Assembly (NCBI GenBank): GCA_963848965.1 | Contig: CAWKFG010000001.1 | Location: forward strand, 579,181-643,180 | Direction of reading: 5' to 3' | DNA from: an uncultured bacterium | GTDB taxonomy: Bacteria; Babelota; Babeliae; Babelales; Babelaceae | Length of the DNA: 64,000 nt | In this document: one piece after another, positions 11,222 through 23,024 of the stretch | Layout: every line of letters begins with the position of its first letter | How positions within the stretch are numbered: position 1 is the first letter of the stretch | Made by a program: the position numbers and the translations under genes | Notes under the pieces: generated by a model | Databases searched by the model: none | What the model saw: the letters and a program-made list of their open reading frames with translations, nothing else | Told to the model about the DNA's origin: nothing

Positions 11222-12457
11222 ATGATTTATAGGAATATAAAAGAAAAACTAGAAAAAGCCCTTTCTTTCAGTCCTGTTGTACTTTTAACAGGAGCTCGCC
11301 AAACAGGAAAGTCAACCTTAATGGCAGCAATTGCACAAGAACGTAATTATTCTTTCTATACATTCGATAGTTTAACAACATTGGCAGCAGCAACAAACGA
11401 TCCTTCCGGTTTTATAACTGGCATTCAAAAGCCAACAATTTTAGATGAAGTTCAACGGATACCAGAAATATTTCTACCTATAAAGCATGAAGTAGACCGA
11501 AATAGACAGCCAGGGCAGTTTGCTCTTACAGGATCTGCCAATCCGCTCCTTATTCCCACACTTGGCGATACTCTTGCAGGAAGAATAAGCATCTTAGAGC
11601 TATTTCCTTTATCACAAGGGGAACTTTTAGGCATTTTTGATGATTTTATAGATCTAGCGTTTAGCGATAAGCATCCTATTATAGCTCAAGTCTCGAAAAA
11701 AGAGCTTATAGAAAAAATGATAATTGGAGGATATCCAAATGTTCAATCAATAGACGAAGAGCAGCGAGACCAATGGTTTGATAATTATATTACGACAGTT
11801 TTAAAGCGAGAGATAAGCGAGCTTGCAAAAATAGAAGGTATAGTTGAATTTCCTCAATTATTGAGACTTTTAGCAACGCGAGCCGGGACTATCTTAAACG
11901 CCTCAGAACTTTCTCGTGCAAGCATGCTTGTAAATACTACTCTTCGTCGCTACCTTGCACTTTTGCAGACGGTATTCTTAGTTGGCTTTTTACCTTCATG
12001 GGGTGTTAACTTAAGTAAGCGATTAGTCAAATCTCCGAAAGTATATCTGGTAGATACTGGCCTGCTAAGCTACTTATTGGGTATCAATCATGATAGACTT
12101 TCTGTTGATAGCGCGCTTATAGGCAATCTTTTTGAAAACTTTGTTGTAATGGAGTTGAAGAAGCAAGCTACGTGGTCAAAAAGGCGTGTTACCCTTTATT
12201 ATTATCGAACACTCGATGGTATTGAAGTTGATATTGTTCTAGAAGATAAAGCAGGAAACATTGTAGGAATTGAAGTTAAGGCCTCAGAAACAGTGACTGC
12301 TATGGATTTCAAAGGCCTTAAACATATGCAAGAAACATATAAAGATAGATTTTTAAAAGGAATTGTACTATACGCAGGCAGCGAAGGCGTTCCTTTTGGC
12401 AAGAACCTCTTTGCTTGGCCTATTTCATCTTTGTGGGCAAAAAATACGCAAATTTAA
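11222..12457 (+). CDS. AAA_14 + DUF4143 ATPase, close paralog of 4920..6149
   Basis: Same motifs and long identical peptide stretches. The upstream boxes are also conserved. ORF track starts at 11141. Confidence 0.92.
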   Translation: MIYRNIKEKLEKALSFSPVVLLTGARQTGKSTLMAAIAQERNYSFYTFDSLTTLAAATNDPSGFITGIQKPTILDEVQRIPEIFLPIKHEVDRNRQPGQFALTGSANPLLIPTLGDTLAGRISILELFPLSQGELLGIFDDFIDLAFSDKHPIIAQVSKKELIEKMIIGGYPNVQSIDEEQRDQWFDNYITTVLKREISELAKIEGIVEFPQLLRLLATRAGTILNASELSRASMLVNTTLRRYLALLQTVFLVGFLPSWGVNLSKRLVKSPKVYLVDTGLLSYLLGINHDRLSVDSALIGNLFENFVVMELKKQATWSKRRVTLYYYRTLDGIEVDIVLEDKAGNIVGIEVKASETVTAMDFKGLKHMQETYKDRFLKGIVLYAGSEGVPFGKNLFAWPISSLWAKNTQI

Positions 12458-12463
12458 ACAAGC

Positions 12464-12832
12464 TCAGAAAGCAAAACTCGCCTGGCTTAATGTATTCAGT
12501 TCTATTATACCAGAAGCTAAAAAGTCTTTTACAGCTGCAACATTGCCTTCCTTTACGGCGGTTATAAAATATTCTTGCCGCAGATATTCGCGTGCTCCTG
12601 GCGTATCAATCGCTCGTGCTACTTTTTCTGCATTAGCATATCCTTTTCTATAAAAAAGAGACCTTGCAAAAATACGAATAAAATCAGGGTTATTAAAAAA
12701 AGATCCTAGTTTTTTGTCTTGAGATAATTGTTTTATGATAGCTAATGCATTATCATATTTTGCATTCTTTATCTGCTCTAATTGCTGTTGAAGATTATTA
12801 AGGGCTTGAGTAAAACCTAATAAACTAAACAT
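12464..12832 (-). pseudogene. Internal fragment of an ankyrin-family gene (helical domain plus start of first repeat)
   Basis: FTQALNNLQQQLEQIKNAKY...FFNNPDF...TPGA. No signal peptide, and it breaks off where it meets the ATPase 3' end. Confidence 0.8.
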
Positions 12833-12958
12833 TAGTTAATTATTCTTGTAAAATAGAATTTGGGCAGGGAGTTTGCTTCTATGATAGTTTATGGTGTTTG
12901 AGTAAAATCTGTCTTGAGCGAAGCACTTAAAATAAGAGAGCCCCAGGGGACTTATAAT

Positions 12959-13984
12959 TTATTTTGCACCATGCCTTTTAAGAAGCTCTACTATCTCTTT
13001 ATATCCACATTGTGTAGTAATCATTAAAGCAGTATAGCCATATTCATCTTGAGCATTAACATTTGCACCAGATTTAATAAGCATTTGAACTATATCTTTA
13101 TGTCCATACAGTGCAGCATACCTTAAAGCAGTTCCGCCATATTTATCTTTAGCATTAACATCGGCACCCTTAGCGATAAGCATTTGTACTATATCTTTAT
13201 ATCCACGAGAAGCAGCATTCATTAAAGCAGTCTGACCATACACATTTTTAGCATTAACATCTGCACTAGCTTTAAGAAGCATCTCTACTATTTCTTTGCG
13301 CCCTTTTTCGGCAGCAAACCATAAAGCAGTATTGCCTTTATTGTCTTTAGCATTAACATTTGCCCTATGAGCTAGAAGTAGTTCTGCTATATCTTTATGT
13401 CCAATAGCAGCATACATTAAAGCTGTCCAGCCATCATTATCTTTAGCATTAATATCAATACCTTTATCTAAAAAGTCTTTTATAGCTTTTACATCTCCTT
13501 TTTCTGCAGTCTTTAAAAACTCTAATTGCTTCAACCATTCTAAGGCACCAGAAGTATTAAGCTCTTTTGCTATGTTTTCTGGATTCTTCAAAAAAAGGTT
13601 CTGCTGCCAAAGTACAGATGTAAGAATGCGATTAAAATTAGGATTATTAAAAAGGAACTCTAACTCTTTATCGTTAGACAAAGCTTGCAGTGCAGCTAAA
13701 GCATTAGTATAGCTTGCTGTCTTTATAAGTTCTAGTTGTTGCTGTAGGTTATTGATAGCTTGTATTAATGAAGAGAGACCTTTAAAATATGCTGCCCTTT
13801 GTTGTATTTCACCTAGTTTTTCTTGTAACTCTTTAAAAGTCTGTATGTCTTGTAAACTAGTAGTGAATAGAATAAGTTCTCGTTTAAGGTCTTGAGGTAA
13901 AAGTTCTAAATAACTCTGCGGTTCCATACCTAGAATAGAGATAGACCAGCCTAGTAGTAGCGCTAACAATCTTTTTTTAATCAT
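12959..13984 (-). CDS. Secreted ankyrin-repeat protein (member 7)
   Basis: MIKKRLL...LGME, YLELLPQDL, about 6 ankyrin repeats. ORF track starts at 14020. Confidence 0.92.
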   Translation of the reverse strand: MIKKRLLALLLGWSISILGMEPQSYLELLPQDLKRELILFTTSLQDIQTFKELQEKLGEIQQRAAYFKGLSSLIQAINNLQQQLELIKTASYTNALAALQALSNDKELEFLFNNPNFNRILTSVLWQQNLFLKNPENIAKELNTSGALEWLKQLEFLKTAEKGDVKAIKDFLDKGIDINAKDNDGWTALMYAAIGHKDIAELLLAHRANVNAKDNKGNTALWFAAEKGRKEIVEMLLKASADVNAKNVYGQTALMNAASRGYKDIVQMLIAKGADVNAKDKYGGTALRYAALYGHKDIVQMLIKSGANVNAQDEYGYTALMITTQCGYKEIVELLKRHGAK

Positions 13985-14196
13985 CTTATTCCTTTTATTA
14001 TAGCATTTTATAGTAATCAATTATACTTAAAGATTGTCTTTTGACCAGAAGATAATATTTTTTAAACTCTTATTTTATGCTAATTCTTTAAAAACCAACA
14101 CTTGTATTAAAGACTAGGAATGCATTAGTTTAATGCTCAAGAAATATCTTGTAGAAGAATTATTTTGAGCTAAGTGGCACAAAAGTTAAGTTAATT

Positions 14197-14255
14197 TTGA
14201 CTCACTTGACTCATGCTTGACTCATGAGTTATACTAGTAGTGAGGAAATGAGTTA
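14197..14255 (+). promoter_or_regulatory. TTGACTCA direct repeats x3 plus inverted ATGAGTTA x2, operator-like
   Basis: TTGACTCA at 14197, 14206 and 14217. ATGAGTTA at 14224 and 14248, upstream of the AlbA_2 gene. Confidence 0.5.
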
Positions 14256-14271
14256 AACTGAAGGAACTTAC

Positions 14272-14493
14272 ATGAAATACCCAGAACAAGAATCCTCGAC
14301 ATTAGAATTCAAGGAATCTTTCCCAAAAAATAATCAAATTACTAAGACATTAGTTGGCTTCTGTAATCAGCATGGAGGTAAAATACTTATAGGTGTTGAT
14401 AATAGTGGCACTATTAAAGGTCTTGCTGAAGAAGATATTGAACATGCTCTTGAGAGCCTTGATAAAGCTATATTTGAGATAACTTGTCCTTAA
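14272..14493 (+). pseudogene. Truncated AlbA_2 (Schlafen-like) DNA-binding/ATP-binding protein
   Basis: ESSTLEFKE...VGFCNQHGGKILIGVDNSG is the AlbA_2 N-terminal signature. It stops at 73 aa. Confidence 0.8.
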
Positions 14494-14721
14494 TACCAAG
14501 ACTATTTAAAAATAAAGGGTTAATTATTTGCATATTACTTATCGTCCCTAATCCATAAGGCTTTTATTGCTTAAGCTCAATCTTTTATTATAACTTATTT
14601 TTCATTAAACTCTAAATTACTAATGTGCTAATAGACCGAATCTTTATGTCCTCTTTGTACGGCTTCAAAAAATACCGTGACTATACAAAGACAAGTGGTT
14701 TGCCTACCGTTACACTTAGCA

Positions 14722-15729
14722 TTAACCCTTTGCTCCATGCTTCTTCAGTAATTCTACTATATCTTTAGCTCCTGTGTCTGCAGCCTCATGCAAAGCAGTT
14801 CTACCTTCGTTATCCTTTACATTAACATCAGCTCCTGATGCCAAGAGTATTTCTACTAGATCTTTACGGCGATATTGTACAGCAAGCATTAAAGCAGTTC
14901 GGCCATATTTATTTTGGCTATTAACCTCTACACCTGCTTTAAGTAGTATTTGAACTATACCTTTAGGTCCTAATGCAGCTCGATGTAAAGCAGTAGAGCC
15001 ATTATTATTTTTAGCATTAACATCAGCTCCTGCCTTTATAAGCATTTCTACTATATTTGTATGTCCTTTTTCGGCAGCCCAATGTAAAGAAGTAAGACCA
15101 TACTTATCATGAGCATTAACATCTGCTCCTGCATTGATAAGCATTTCTACTATATCTTTGCTTTCATCATATACAGCAATCATTAAGGCAGTACGTCCAT
15201 TTATATCTCTAGCATTAACATTAATACCTTTATCTAAAAAGTCTTTTACAGCTTTTATATCTCCTTTTGTTGCAGCAGCAATAAATCGTTTTTGCCTTAA
15301 GTATTCTAAAGCTCCTGGAGTATTAAGCTCTTGTGCTATATTTTCTAGTTCTTTAGAAGTATCTTTGATAGATAATTCTCTTATAAGAATACGATTAAAA
15401 TCGAGATTGTTAAAAAGAAATTCTAACTCTTTATCCTTGGATAAATCTTGTAGCGCAGCTAATGCATTATCATAGTTTGCATTCTTTATCTGCTCCAATT
15501 GCTGTTGTAAGGTATTAAGGGCTTGAGTAAAAGAAGATGAGCTTGAACGCTCTGCTGCTTCTTTTAATTTTTGCAATAACTCATCAATAGTAAAAACATT
15601 GCTTAAATTAGTAGTAAATCTACTAATCTCTTGTCTTAGCTCTTGCGGTAGGAGTTCTATATAAGTCTTCTGTTCCATTCCTAAGGTAGAAACATACCAT
15701 CCTAGTACTATAACTAATAATTTCTTCAC
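14722..15729 (-). CDS. Secreted ankyrin-repeat protein (member 8)
   Basis: GTG start after GGAG, signal ...LGME, YIELLPQEL, about 6 ankyrin repeats. Confidence 0.92.
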   Translation of the reverse strand: MKKLLVIVLGWYVSTLGMEQKTYIELLPQELRQEISRFTTNLSNVFTIDELLQKLKEAAERSSSSSFTQALNTLQQQLEQIKNANYDNALAALQDLSKDKELEFLFNNLDFNRILIRELSIKDTSKELENIAQELNTPGALEYLRQKRFIAAATKGDIKAVKDFLDKGINVNARDINGRTALMIAVYDESKDIVEMLINAGADVNAHDKYGLTSLHWAAEKGHTNIVEMLIKAGADVNAKNNNGSTALHRAALGPKGIVQILLKAGVEVNSQNKYGRTALMLAVQYRRKDLVEILLASGADVNVKDNEGRTALHEAADTGAKDIVELLKKHGAKG

Positions 15730-16037
15730 TTTCTTTCTCCACAATTATTATCTCACATCTATAATTATTTATATTAGTAATTATAATACATAAATTAAAA
15801 TAAAAGCAATAGTTATAGTGTTATCAACCTTTTCGATCAGCTCAATGAGAAACAGCAGCCAAACAAATCCCATGTCATATTTCTATACCTTACCAATCAT
15901 AGCTATAGAGCAAGCTGCTCTGAAGTAGATATTAGTACCAATTATTATGATTTCCTTGAAATAGGGATAGTTATATAGTATTATGTCCTTATAAGAGAGA
16001 AATAATTTATAACTTTTATCCCCTTACAAAGGAAAAA

Positions 16038-17351
16038 ATGGAATTTAAGCAAGTTTTTAAAGAGCTTATTACTGATTTTCATGCCTCTCATCTTCCACAT
16101 CCCATTAAAAGAGCTATAGCATTGCCAATTTTACCTGATAATGTGCGTAAAGCTTTTGTATTTATAGGCATGAGACGGAGTGGCAAAACTTGGACTTTAT
16201 ATCAAATTATGCAAGACTTGATAGCGCAAGGTATAGAGTTTTCTAAAATACTTTATCTTAATTTTGAAGATGAGCGTCTTATTGATATGCAGAAAGAGAA
16301 CCTTCAAGATATCCTTATGGCTTACTTTGAACTTTATCCCCAGTATTTAAACAGATCGGATATTTACTTTTTCTTTGATGAAATTCATGAGGTGAGCGGA
16401 TGGGAAAAATTTATTCGAAGGCTTTTGGATCAAGAAAAGGTTCAAATTTATGTAACTGGTTCTTCTTGCAAAATGTTAAGTAAGGAAATTGCCTCTGCTT
16501 TAAGAGGGAGAACCTTTGTTCAAGAGATCTTCCCCTTTAGCTTTAGTGAATATTTACAGAAACTCAACATAGCAATTCCCAAAACAATTGGAACAAAAGC
16601 AAAGATTGAGCTCGTACATCATCTTAGGAATTTTCTGCAAAGGGGCGGCTTTCCTGAAGTTATAGGCACTTCTCCAGAAGTCCATCGTCAAATCCTTCAA
16701 GAATATATTTCTTCAGTTATCTATCGTGATATTATTGACCGTTATGGTATAAGTAACTCACATGTTTTAAAACAGCTTCTAACCCATTGTTTAAGAAATA
16801 GCTCAAGAATTTTTAGTATCAATAAAATGTATCTTGCCTTCAAATCAATGGGATATGAAATTAGCAAAAATACGCTCTACGACTATATGTCCTATTTTGA
16901 AGATGCATACTGCGTTTTTTCTTTAAATAAATTTGATTTATCTTATCGGAAAGCTGCCTATAGTATGAAAAAGATATTTGCTATTGACCAAGGGCTTATA
17001 ACCGCAGTAACAATGGCAAGCCATTTTGATTTATCCGCTCAATTAGAAACGGCAGTGTTTGCGCATTTTCGTCGTAAATCGAGCACTATCAGTTACTATC
17101 GATCCAAGGATGATAAAGAGGTGGATTTTCTTATAGTGCTAGTAGATCATTCTATCTCTCTTTTTCAAGTTTGCCTATCATTAAAAGATGAGAATACTAA
17201 ACAGAGAGAAATTAATTCTCTTTTAATTGCAATGAAGGAACTCAAGGTAGGTTATGGTACTATTATAACTCTTGAAGAAGAAGGAGAAATTCAAAGTCCA
17301 GAGGGCATAATCTCTCTGATACCTGCTTTTAAAATACTCCTTGAGCAATGA
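16038..17351 (+). CDS. AAA_14 + DUF4143 ATPase (second subfamily)
   Basis: GMRRSGKT, YLNFEDER, FFFDEIH, VTGSS, GGFP, EVDF...FQVC. Confidence 0.92.
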   Translation: MEFKQVFKELITDFHASHLPHPIKRAIALPILPDNVRKAFVFIGMRRSGKTWTLYQIMQDLIAQGIEFSKILYLNFEDERLIDMQKENLQDILMAYFELYPQYLNRSDIYFFFDEIHEVSGWEKFIRRLLDQEKVQIYVTGSSCKMLSKEIASALRGRTFVQEIFPFSFSEYLQKLNIAIPKTIGTKAKIELVHHLRNFLQRGGFPEVIGTSPEVHRQILQEYISSVIYRDIIDRYGISNSHVLKQLLTHCLRNSSRIFSINKMYLAFKSMGYEISKNTLYDYMSYFEDAYCVFSLNKFDLSYRKAAYSMKKIFAIDQGLITAVTMASHFDLSAQLETAVFAHFRRKSSTISYYRSKDDKEVDFLIVLVDHSISLFQVCLSLKDENTKQREINSLLIAMKELKVGYGTIITLEEEGEIQSPEGIISLIPAFKILLEQ

Positions 17352-17474
17352 TAAATAATCTTTTGTCATCCCTTTGTTTTGTAACTTTTATACTATTAAT
17401 TATAATTATATTTTATATCAGAATAAAAATCAATGTAACAGAGAAATACAGATAACAGAAGCAAGCTGACAGTA

Positions 17475-19574
17475 TTAATGAAAGAACTTAATACCAAGAT
17501 TATCTAAAAATAGGGGGTTAATTATCTGTATGTCTGGATACCTATCTTTAAAGGCTTCCTTAACCTGCTCAAGTTTTTTGGCAGCTTCAAGGAATTCGCT
17601 GCTATATTTACCTAAGAGGAGAAGCATGTTTTTAAGATCGCCTTGAGCTGCTGCTACTTCCAGCACTAGTACTATTTTCTTAATAGAGCCAATCTTGGCT
17701 CCTTGAGCTAGAAGTAATTTTGCTACCTCAAAATTACTCTTTAATAAAGCATAAAAGAGTGCGGTATTGCCTTCTTTATCCTTGAGGTTTATACCACTGC
17801 CACAGGTATTAATAAATGTACCAGGCTGAGTTTTGTTTCTTAGATAAATTAATGCTTTAACACAGTCATCTCTACCACATACTATAGCATACATCAATGC
17901 TGTTTTTCCCCATTGATCCTGTGCATTAATGTACCATTGTGGCATAGTAGTCAAACTGAGTACTCCAAGGGTATACCCTCGTATACAGCATCTATGAAGT
18001 GCCGTTTGCTCTGTCTGTTCATCGCGTAAATGAGGATGTTCTGCTGTTATTGCATGTACACAGTGCTCATGTAAGTTAGTAAACTCATTCACATTAATGC
18101 TATTGTTTTCAATACAGGTTGGTAGAATACGTGCTACTTCTCTTTGCAAAACATCACAAAGAAAGCCATTGCTGTTGTGCCTTATCTCGGTCTCGGCTTC
18201 AAAAGTCTTTATGTTTGCTCCAAGGTTGTTCTCTATAAGTTTGACTATGTTCATATCTATTGGAGCTAGTGCGATATATATTTTTTGGTTTAAGATTAAA
18301 CTGAGTATATCAAGTCTTCCATGCTTAAAGATACTGTTAATACACGCACTATCTAAGCTTATATGGCTAAATGTGTGGACTAAGGCTCTGATTATCATTT
18401 CAATAGTTTCTAGTGATTTATTAGTAGTAATAGCAAAGCTTAGGAGCACTTGGTTGTAATTAATAACCTGAATAGTTGGCGGTGCTCCGAATGAGAGAAA
18501 CTTTCTCACTAACTGAGGCTTGTCAAACTTTACTGCATTAACAAGCCCATTGGCAAGCAGCTGTATTCTATCGGGAGAACCCATAGGATAATAGTCTAAA
18601 AATCTATTTATGATGTCTTCATAATCTTGCTCTATAGCATATCCTATGATAGACATATTTCTACTATTATTACTATCATTATAGTCAATCACAAAACTAG
18701 GGTACTCTAGTAAGAGCTCAGCTACTTTTTTATGCTTATTTTCTAAAGCTATCATTAAGAGGCTCTTACCATCAGGTCCCTTTAGAGTGCAATCAGCTCC
18801 TGCATATAATAAAAAGCTTACCTTTTCTACCTCACCGGTTATTACTGTACAAAGAAGGTACTCGTTTAAAATCTTTTGACCAGATTCGCCGTATTGTTGT
18901 AAAATAGCTCTAATAGCACTACCATTACAAGCTTCTATCGCATCGCCTATAATACGTTGTAGTGGGTGTTTTTCTGGGCCCTGAGTTTCTTTTTTAGGTT
19001 GTAGTCGTTTATAATCAAGCAATAAGTTAACTACATCTTCACGACCGTGTTCTGCAGCTATTTCTACGGCACTCTTACCATTTTCTTTAAAATTCTGGTC
19101 AGCACCTAAATCAAGCAACTGACGAATTTTAGCTACTGTCATTTTCCGTCTAATTCCACTAACCAGTAATGAATTAATTAAAAAAGGATTTCGCGCTAGC
19201 AGCTCTTTAAATAAAGTAAGATTTGAAAGCTCGAATGCCCTTTCTAGTCTTGTTAAATCATTAATCCCAGGAGCAACCGTAGCCCACAATGTTTCAAATG
19301 CCTTTTTTTGCCCTTCTGCCAATGGCGCAGGAGTTTCCTCAGAAGATTGACTATCTTCTGAGTCTTCATCATCAGACAAGTGGGGTATTACAAGACTATC
19401 TTCAGAGCTTGAAGCTTGTTCATCAGAGGAGTTATTATGTTCAGAATCGCTCTCAGAAGCCATTTCATCATGCAATCTTTTTATACCGTGAGCATCCAGA
19501 TTTTTTTCCATGGCACTACTACCATAAGAAATACTTATAATGCCCAAGAATAGTATTACATACTTTGTTACCAC
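17475..19574 (-). CDS. Large secreted ankyrin-repeat protein with an acidic Ser/Asp/Glu-rich N-terminal region (not part of the main family)
   Basis: Signal ...SAME, low-complexity SESDSE tract, dispersed ankyrin motifs (GKTALMYA, GNTALFYA). Confidence 0.85.
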   Translation of the reverse strand: MVTKYVILFLGIISISYGSSAMEKNLDAHGIKRLHDEMASESDSEHNNSSDEQASSSEDSLVIPHLSDDEDSEDSQSSEETPAPLAEGQKKAFETLWATVAPGINDLTRLERAFELSNLTLFKELLARNPFLINSLLVSGIRRKMTVAKIRQLLDLGADQNFKENGKSAVEIAAEHGREDVVNLLLDYKRLQPKKETQGPEKHPLQRIIGDAIEACNGSAIRAILQQYGESGQKILNEYLLCTVITGEVEKVSFLLYAGADCTLKGPDGKSLLMIALENKHKKVAELLLEYPSFVIDYNDSNNSRNMSIIGYAIEQDYEDIINRFLDYYPMGSPDRIQLLANGLVNAVKFDKPQLVRKFLSFGAPPTIQVINYNQVLLSFAITTNKSLETIEMIIRALVHTFSHISLDSACINSIFKHGRLDILSLILNQKIYIALAPIDMNIVKLIENNLGANIKTFEAETEIRHNSNGFLCDVLQREVARILPTCIENNSINVNEFTNLHEHCVHAITAEHPHLRDEQTEQTALHRCCIRGYTLGVLSLTTMPQWYINAQDQWGKTALMYAIVCGRDDCVKALIYLRNKTQPGTFINTCGSGINLKDKEGNTALFYALLKSNFEVAKLLLAQGAKIGSIKKIVLVLEVAAAQGDLKNMLLLLGKYSSEFLEAAKKLEQVKEAFKDRYPDIQIINPLFLDNLGIKFFH

Positions 19575-20029
19575 AATTATTTACCTTATATTATAAGAAG
19601 ATGAACTTTATCAAATAATAGAGAGTATTAGTATATGATATAAATTCCTGATTGACAAGGCAAATATTGGCACTAGTTTCAATTGCACAATAAAAACGTG
19701 CTTTATCAAAAACATACAATAACCAAAAAGTAAGTATTCTCAAAAAGATTTAATACAAAATAGCTTCTTGATAAATATAATTCTTTATGTTGCACCATAC
19801 TTTTTAAGAAGTTCTACCATATATTTCTAACAAGAAAGACACTATAGATCAACCAACTCAAGAATGTACTTAAAGTGACCACAGAGAGCCAATTTAGAAA
19901 TAACTAGCTTTTTTGTATAGGCCCATTTAAGAACAAAGCTGCTATAATTGACTTAAATATGCACACCGCTATACTTAAAATAATTCGCATATGAAAATAA
20001 AAACTAGAAGATAATCAAAGGATATAGCA

Positions 20030-20870
20030 ATGAAAAGGATACTAGTTGTAACACTCGTAGGATGGTCTATCTCTATTCTAGGTATGGAGCCTAAAACTTA
20101 TTTAGAACTTTTACCTCAAGATCTGAGGCAAGAGCTTGCTAAATTCACTACCAATTTAGAAAATGTTTTTACTATTAAGAAGTTACAAGAAAAACTAGGT
20201 GAAATAGAACAAAGAGTGGTGCATCTTAAGGGTTTATCTTCTTTAGTACAAGCTCTTAATACCTTACAACAACAATTAGAGCTTATAAAAAATGCAAAGT
20301 ATGAAGATGCATTAGCTTTAATAAAAGAATTATCTCAAAATAAAGGATTAGAATCCTTTTTTAATAATCCTGATTTTATTAGAATTATTATACACACGCT
20401 ATGGCCTAAAGCACTTAGGGAAGGAAAGTACAACATTCAAGAAGGAAATATAGCACAAGAGCTTAATACACCAGGAGCTTTAGAATACTCAAAGCAATTA
20501 CAATTTATTAAAGCAGCACATAAAGGAGACATAAAAACAGTGCAAGAATTTTTAAGTAAAGGTATTAATGTTAATGCTAAAGCTATCCTTGGCACCACTG
20601 CTTTAATGTCTGCTGGATATGGTAGGAAAGATATAGTTCAAATGCTTCTGGCGCATAAAGCAGATGTTAATGCTCAAGATCACAGTGGGCAGACTGCATT
20701 AATATATGCTGCATTGCGTGGAGATAAAAATATAGTAGAAGTGCTTATAGTGCAAGGGTGCAGATGTTAATGCTAAAGATAATGATGGTCATACTGCTTT
20801 AACGTGGGCAGCTACTTATGAACATAAAGATATAGTAGCATTGCTTAAAAAGCACGGGTCTAAAGAGTAA
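20030..20870 (+). pseudogene. Secreted ankyrin-repeat gene (member 9) with a +1 frameshift near 20757
   Basis: ORF 20030..20770 ends QGCRC. Removing one G from caagggtgca restores [16 protein letters not shown]...LLKKHGSKE* at 20870. Confidence 0.8.
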
Positions 20871-21159
20871 TAAAAGCAAAAAATATTCAAGCAGCTCTAC
20901 TCTATTCCTTTCTATTCTATTCCTTGTGTGCTTCTTATAGTCTCCAGGCTCCCAAAGAGCCCTGAAACTAGTGTTTACAGCCAAAGACGCGGACATCCAA
21001 TAATCATTCGTTATTATTGGCAAAAGCACAAAAGTTGTCTTTGCAAAAAAAACATATGTGCAAAATAGCGAGTATACTTCTCAACACAACAGCTGATTCA
21101 AAAACACTTTAAATAACTTAAATTTTGCTTATACTCATATACTATACAAAGGAACTCTT

Positions 21160-21699
21160 ATGATATACAAGTACTCTCTGACCCTTGCTCTTCTTGGTGC
21201 TTTTGCTTCCAGCTATAGCATGGAACACATGAACCAACACTTAGAAAATCTAAAAAGGCTTGATCCTGAAGGAGTATATGCGTTTATGCACACTCTTATT
21301 TTATATTATAGTAATGATATAGAAGCTCTCTATCAATCACAAAACATTGAAACCTCGTATCTTAAGTCATTACCATTAGATCTTAACCGAGAACTTATGT
21401 GCTACAGAATTCTTGCTATGTTAGAGGATTTCGATAGGTTCCGCATGCTAGACAACAGTGATATCGTAGCATACCTTACAACAGCACTTACTAGTATCAA
21501 TCCTCGCATACCATTTCAACTTCTTGGCCTACAAAATAATGCTTCTGCAGCAGAAATAGCGACAGCATTTAAGCAACTTGCTCGCCAATGGCACCCGGAT
21601 AAACATACAAGAAGTACCGAAAAAGAAAAAGAGCTCGCAATTGCTCGTTTTAAACTTTATAATGCTTGTAGAGAGTTTTGCTTATTAAGAGCACAATAA
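21160..21699 (+). CDS. Secreted protein with C-terminal DnaJ (J) domain
   Basis: Signal ...YSME. PFQLLGL...EIATAFKQLARQWHPDK is a J-domain with an HPD motif. Internal YLKSLPLDL motif. Confidence 0.85.
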   Translation: MIYKYSLTLALLGAFASSYSMEHMNQHLENLKRLDPEGVYAFMHTLILYYSNDIEALYQSQNIETSYLKSLPLDLNRELMCYRILAMLEDFDRFRMLDNSDIVAYLTTALTSINPRIPFQLLGLQNNASAAEIATAFKQLARQWHPDKHTRSTEKEKELAIARFKLYNACREFCLLRAQ

Positions 21700-21975
21700 T
21701 CTCTATTCTTTTATATTATTGTCTTCCCTGTTTATTATCAGTCTTAAAGCTGTATTGCCACCTATACCTCGAACCTTTTTAACTCATAGGCTAACTGGTG
21801 ATGAAGAAATAAGTTAATATGGCAATACTAATCATCCGTCAATAAAACTGTAATACTTTTTTCATAAATTAATTCAAATAATTAATATAATTGACTTATG
21901 TTGACATAAATTGTTATGTTAAAAAAAATTTATCAGCTAAATTTTTACATAAAAAGATAAAAATAATTAAAGGAT

Positions 21976-22913
21976 ATGATAATGAAAAAGATACTAGTAG
22001 CTGGAGTAATAATAGGATGGTCTGTTTTTACCGTAAGTATGCAGCAAAAGACGTATTTAGATATTTTACCACAAGAGCTTAGACAAGAACTTGTTAAATT
22101 TACTACTCATTTAAAAGGTATACATACCTTGTATGAGTTACCAGAAAAACTAAGAGAAATACAACAAAGGGCGGCACAGCTTAAGAGTTTCTCTTCATTA
22201 GTACAAGCTATCAATAACCTGCGGCAGCAATTAGACCTTATTAAGACTGCAAACTATGATAATGCTTTAGCTGCGCTACAAGATTTATCCAAGGATAAAG
22301 AGTTAGAATTTCTTTTTAACAATCTCGATTTTAATCGTATTCTTATAAGAGAATTATCTATCAAAGATACTTCTAAAGAACTAGAAAATATAGCACAAGA
22401 GCTTAATACTCCAGGAGCTTTAGAATACTTAAGGCAAAAACGATTTATTGCTGCTGCAACAAAAGGAGATATAAAAGCTGTAAAAGACTTTTTAGATAAA
22501 GGTATTAATGTTAATGCTCAAGATGTTAGTGACTATACTGCTTTAATAATAGCTGCAGCTCATGGAGATAAAGATATAGTAAAGATGCTACTTGCATCCG
22601 GTGCTGATGTTAATGCTCATGATAAGTATGGTCTTACTTCTTTACATTGGGCTGCCGAAAAAGGGCATAAAGAAATAGTAGAGATGCTTCTTAAGGCAGG
22701 TGCAGATGTTAATGCTCGAGATATGTATGGCCGTACAGCTTTAATGATTGCTGCAAATGATGAAAGACACAAAATATAGCAGAAATGCTTATCAATGCAG
22801 GAGCAGATGTTAATGCTCAAAGTAATGATGGTCAGACTGCTTTAATGTTTGCTACTGAAAAGAATTATAAAGATATAGTAGAACTACTTAAGCGTCATGG
22901 CGCACGGAAATAA
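21976..22913 (+). pseudogene. Secreted ankyrin-repeat gene (member 10) with a -1 frameshift near 22772
   Basis: ORF ends ERHKI* at 22779. Adding one A to cacaaaatata restores HKNIAEMLINAGADVN...LLKRHGARK* at 22913. Confidence 0.8.
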
Positions 22914-23024
22914 AAATTCAATTTACTAGAAAACTGTATACTTCCCTACTTTTGAAGGAGGCCATACATATTTCTTGCTATGTATAAAATGTATCAAATC
23001 AGCAGTATGAGGAATCTTATTAGT

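Noticed and set aside
21895..21925. dif/Xer site suggested by TTATGTTAAA (also near 9339)
   Set aside because: No XerC arm at the 6-bp spacing.
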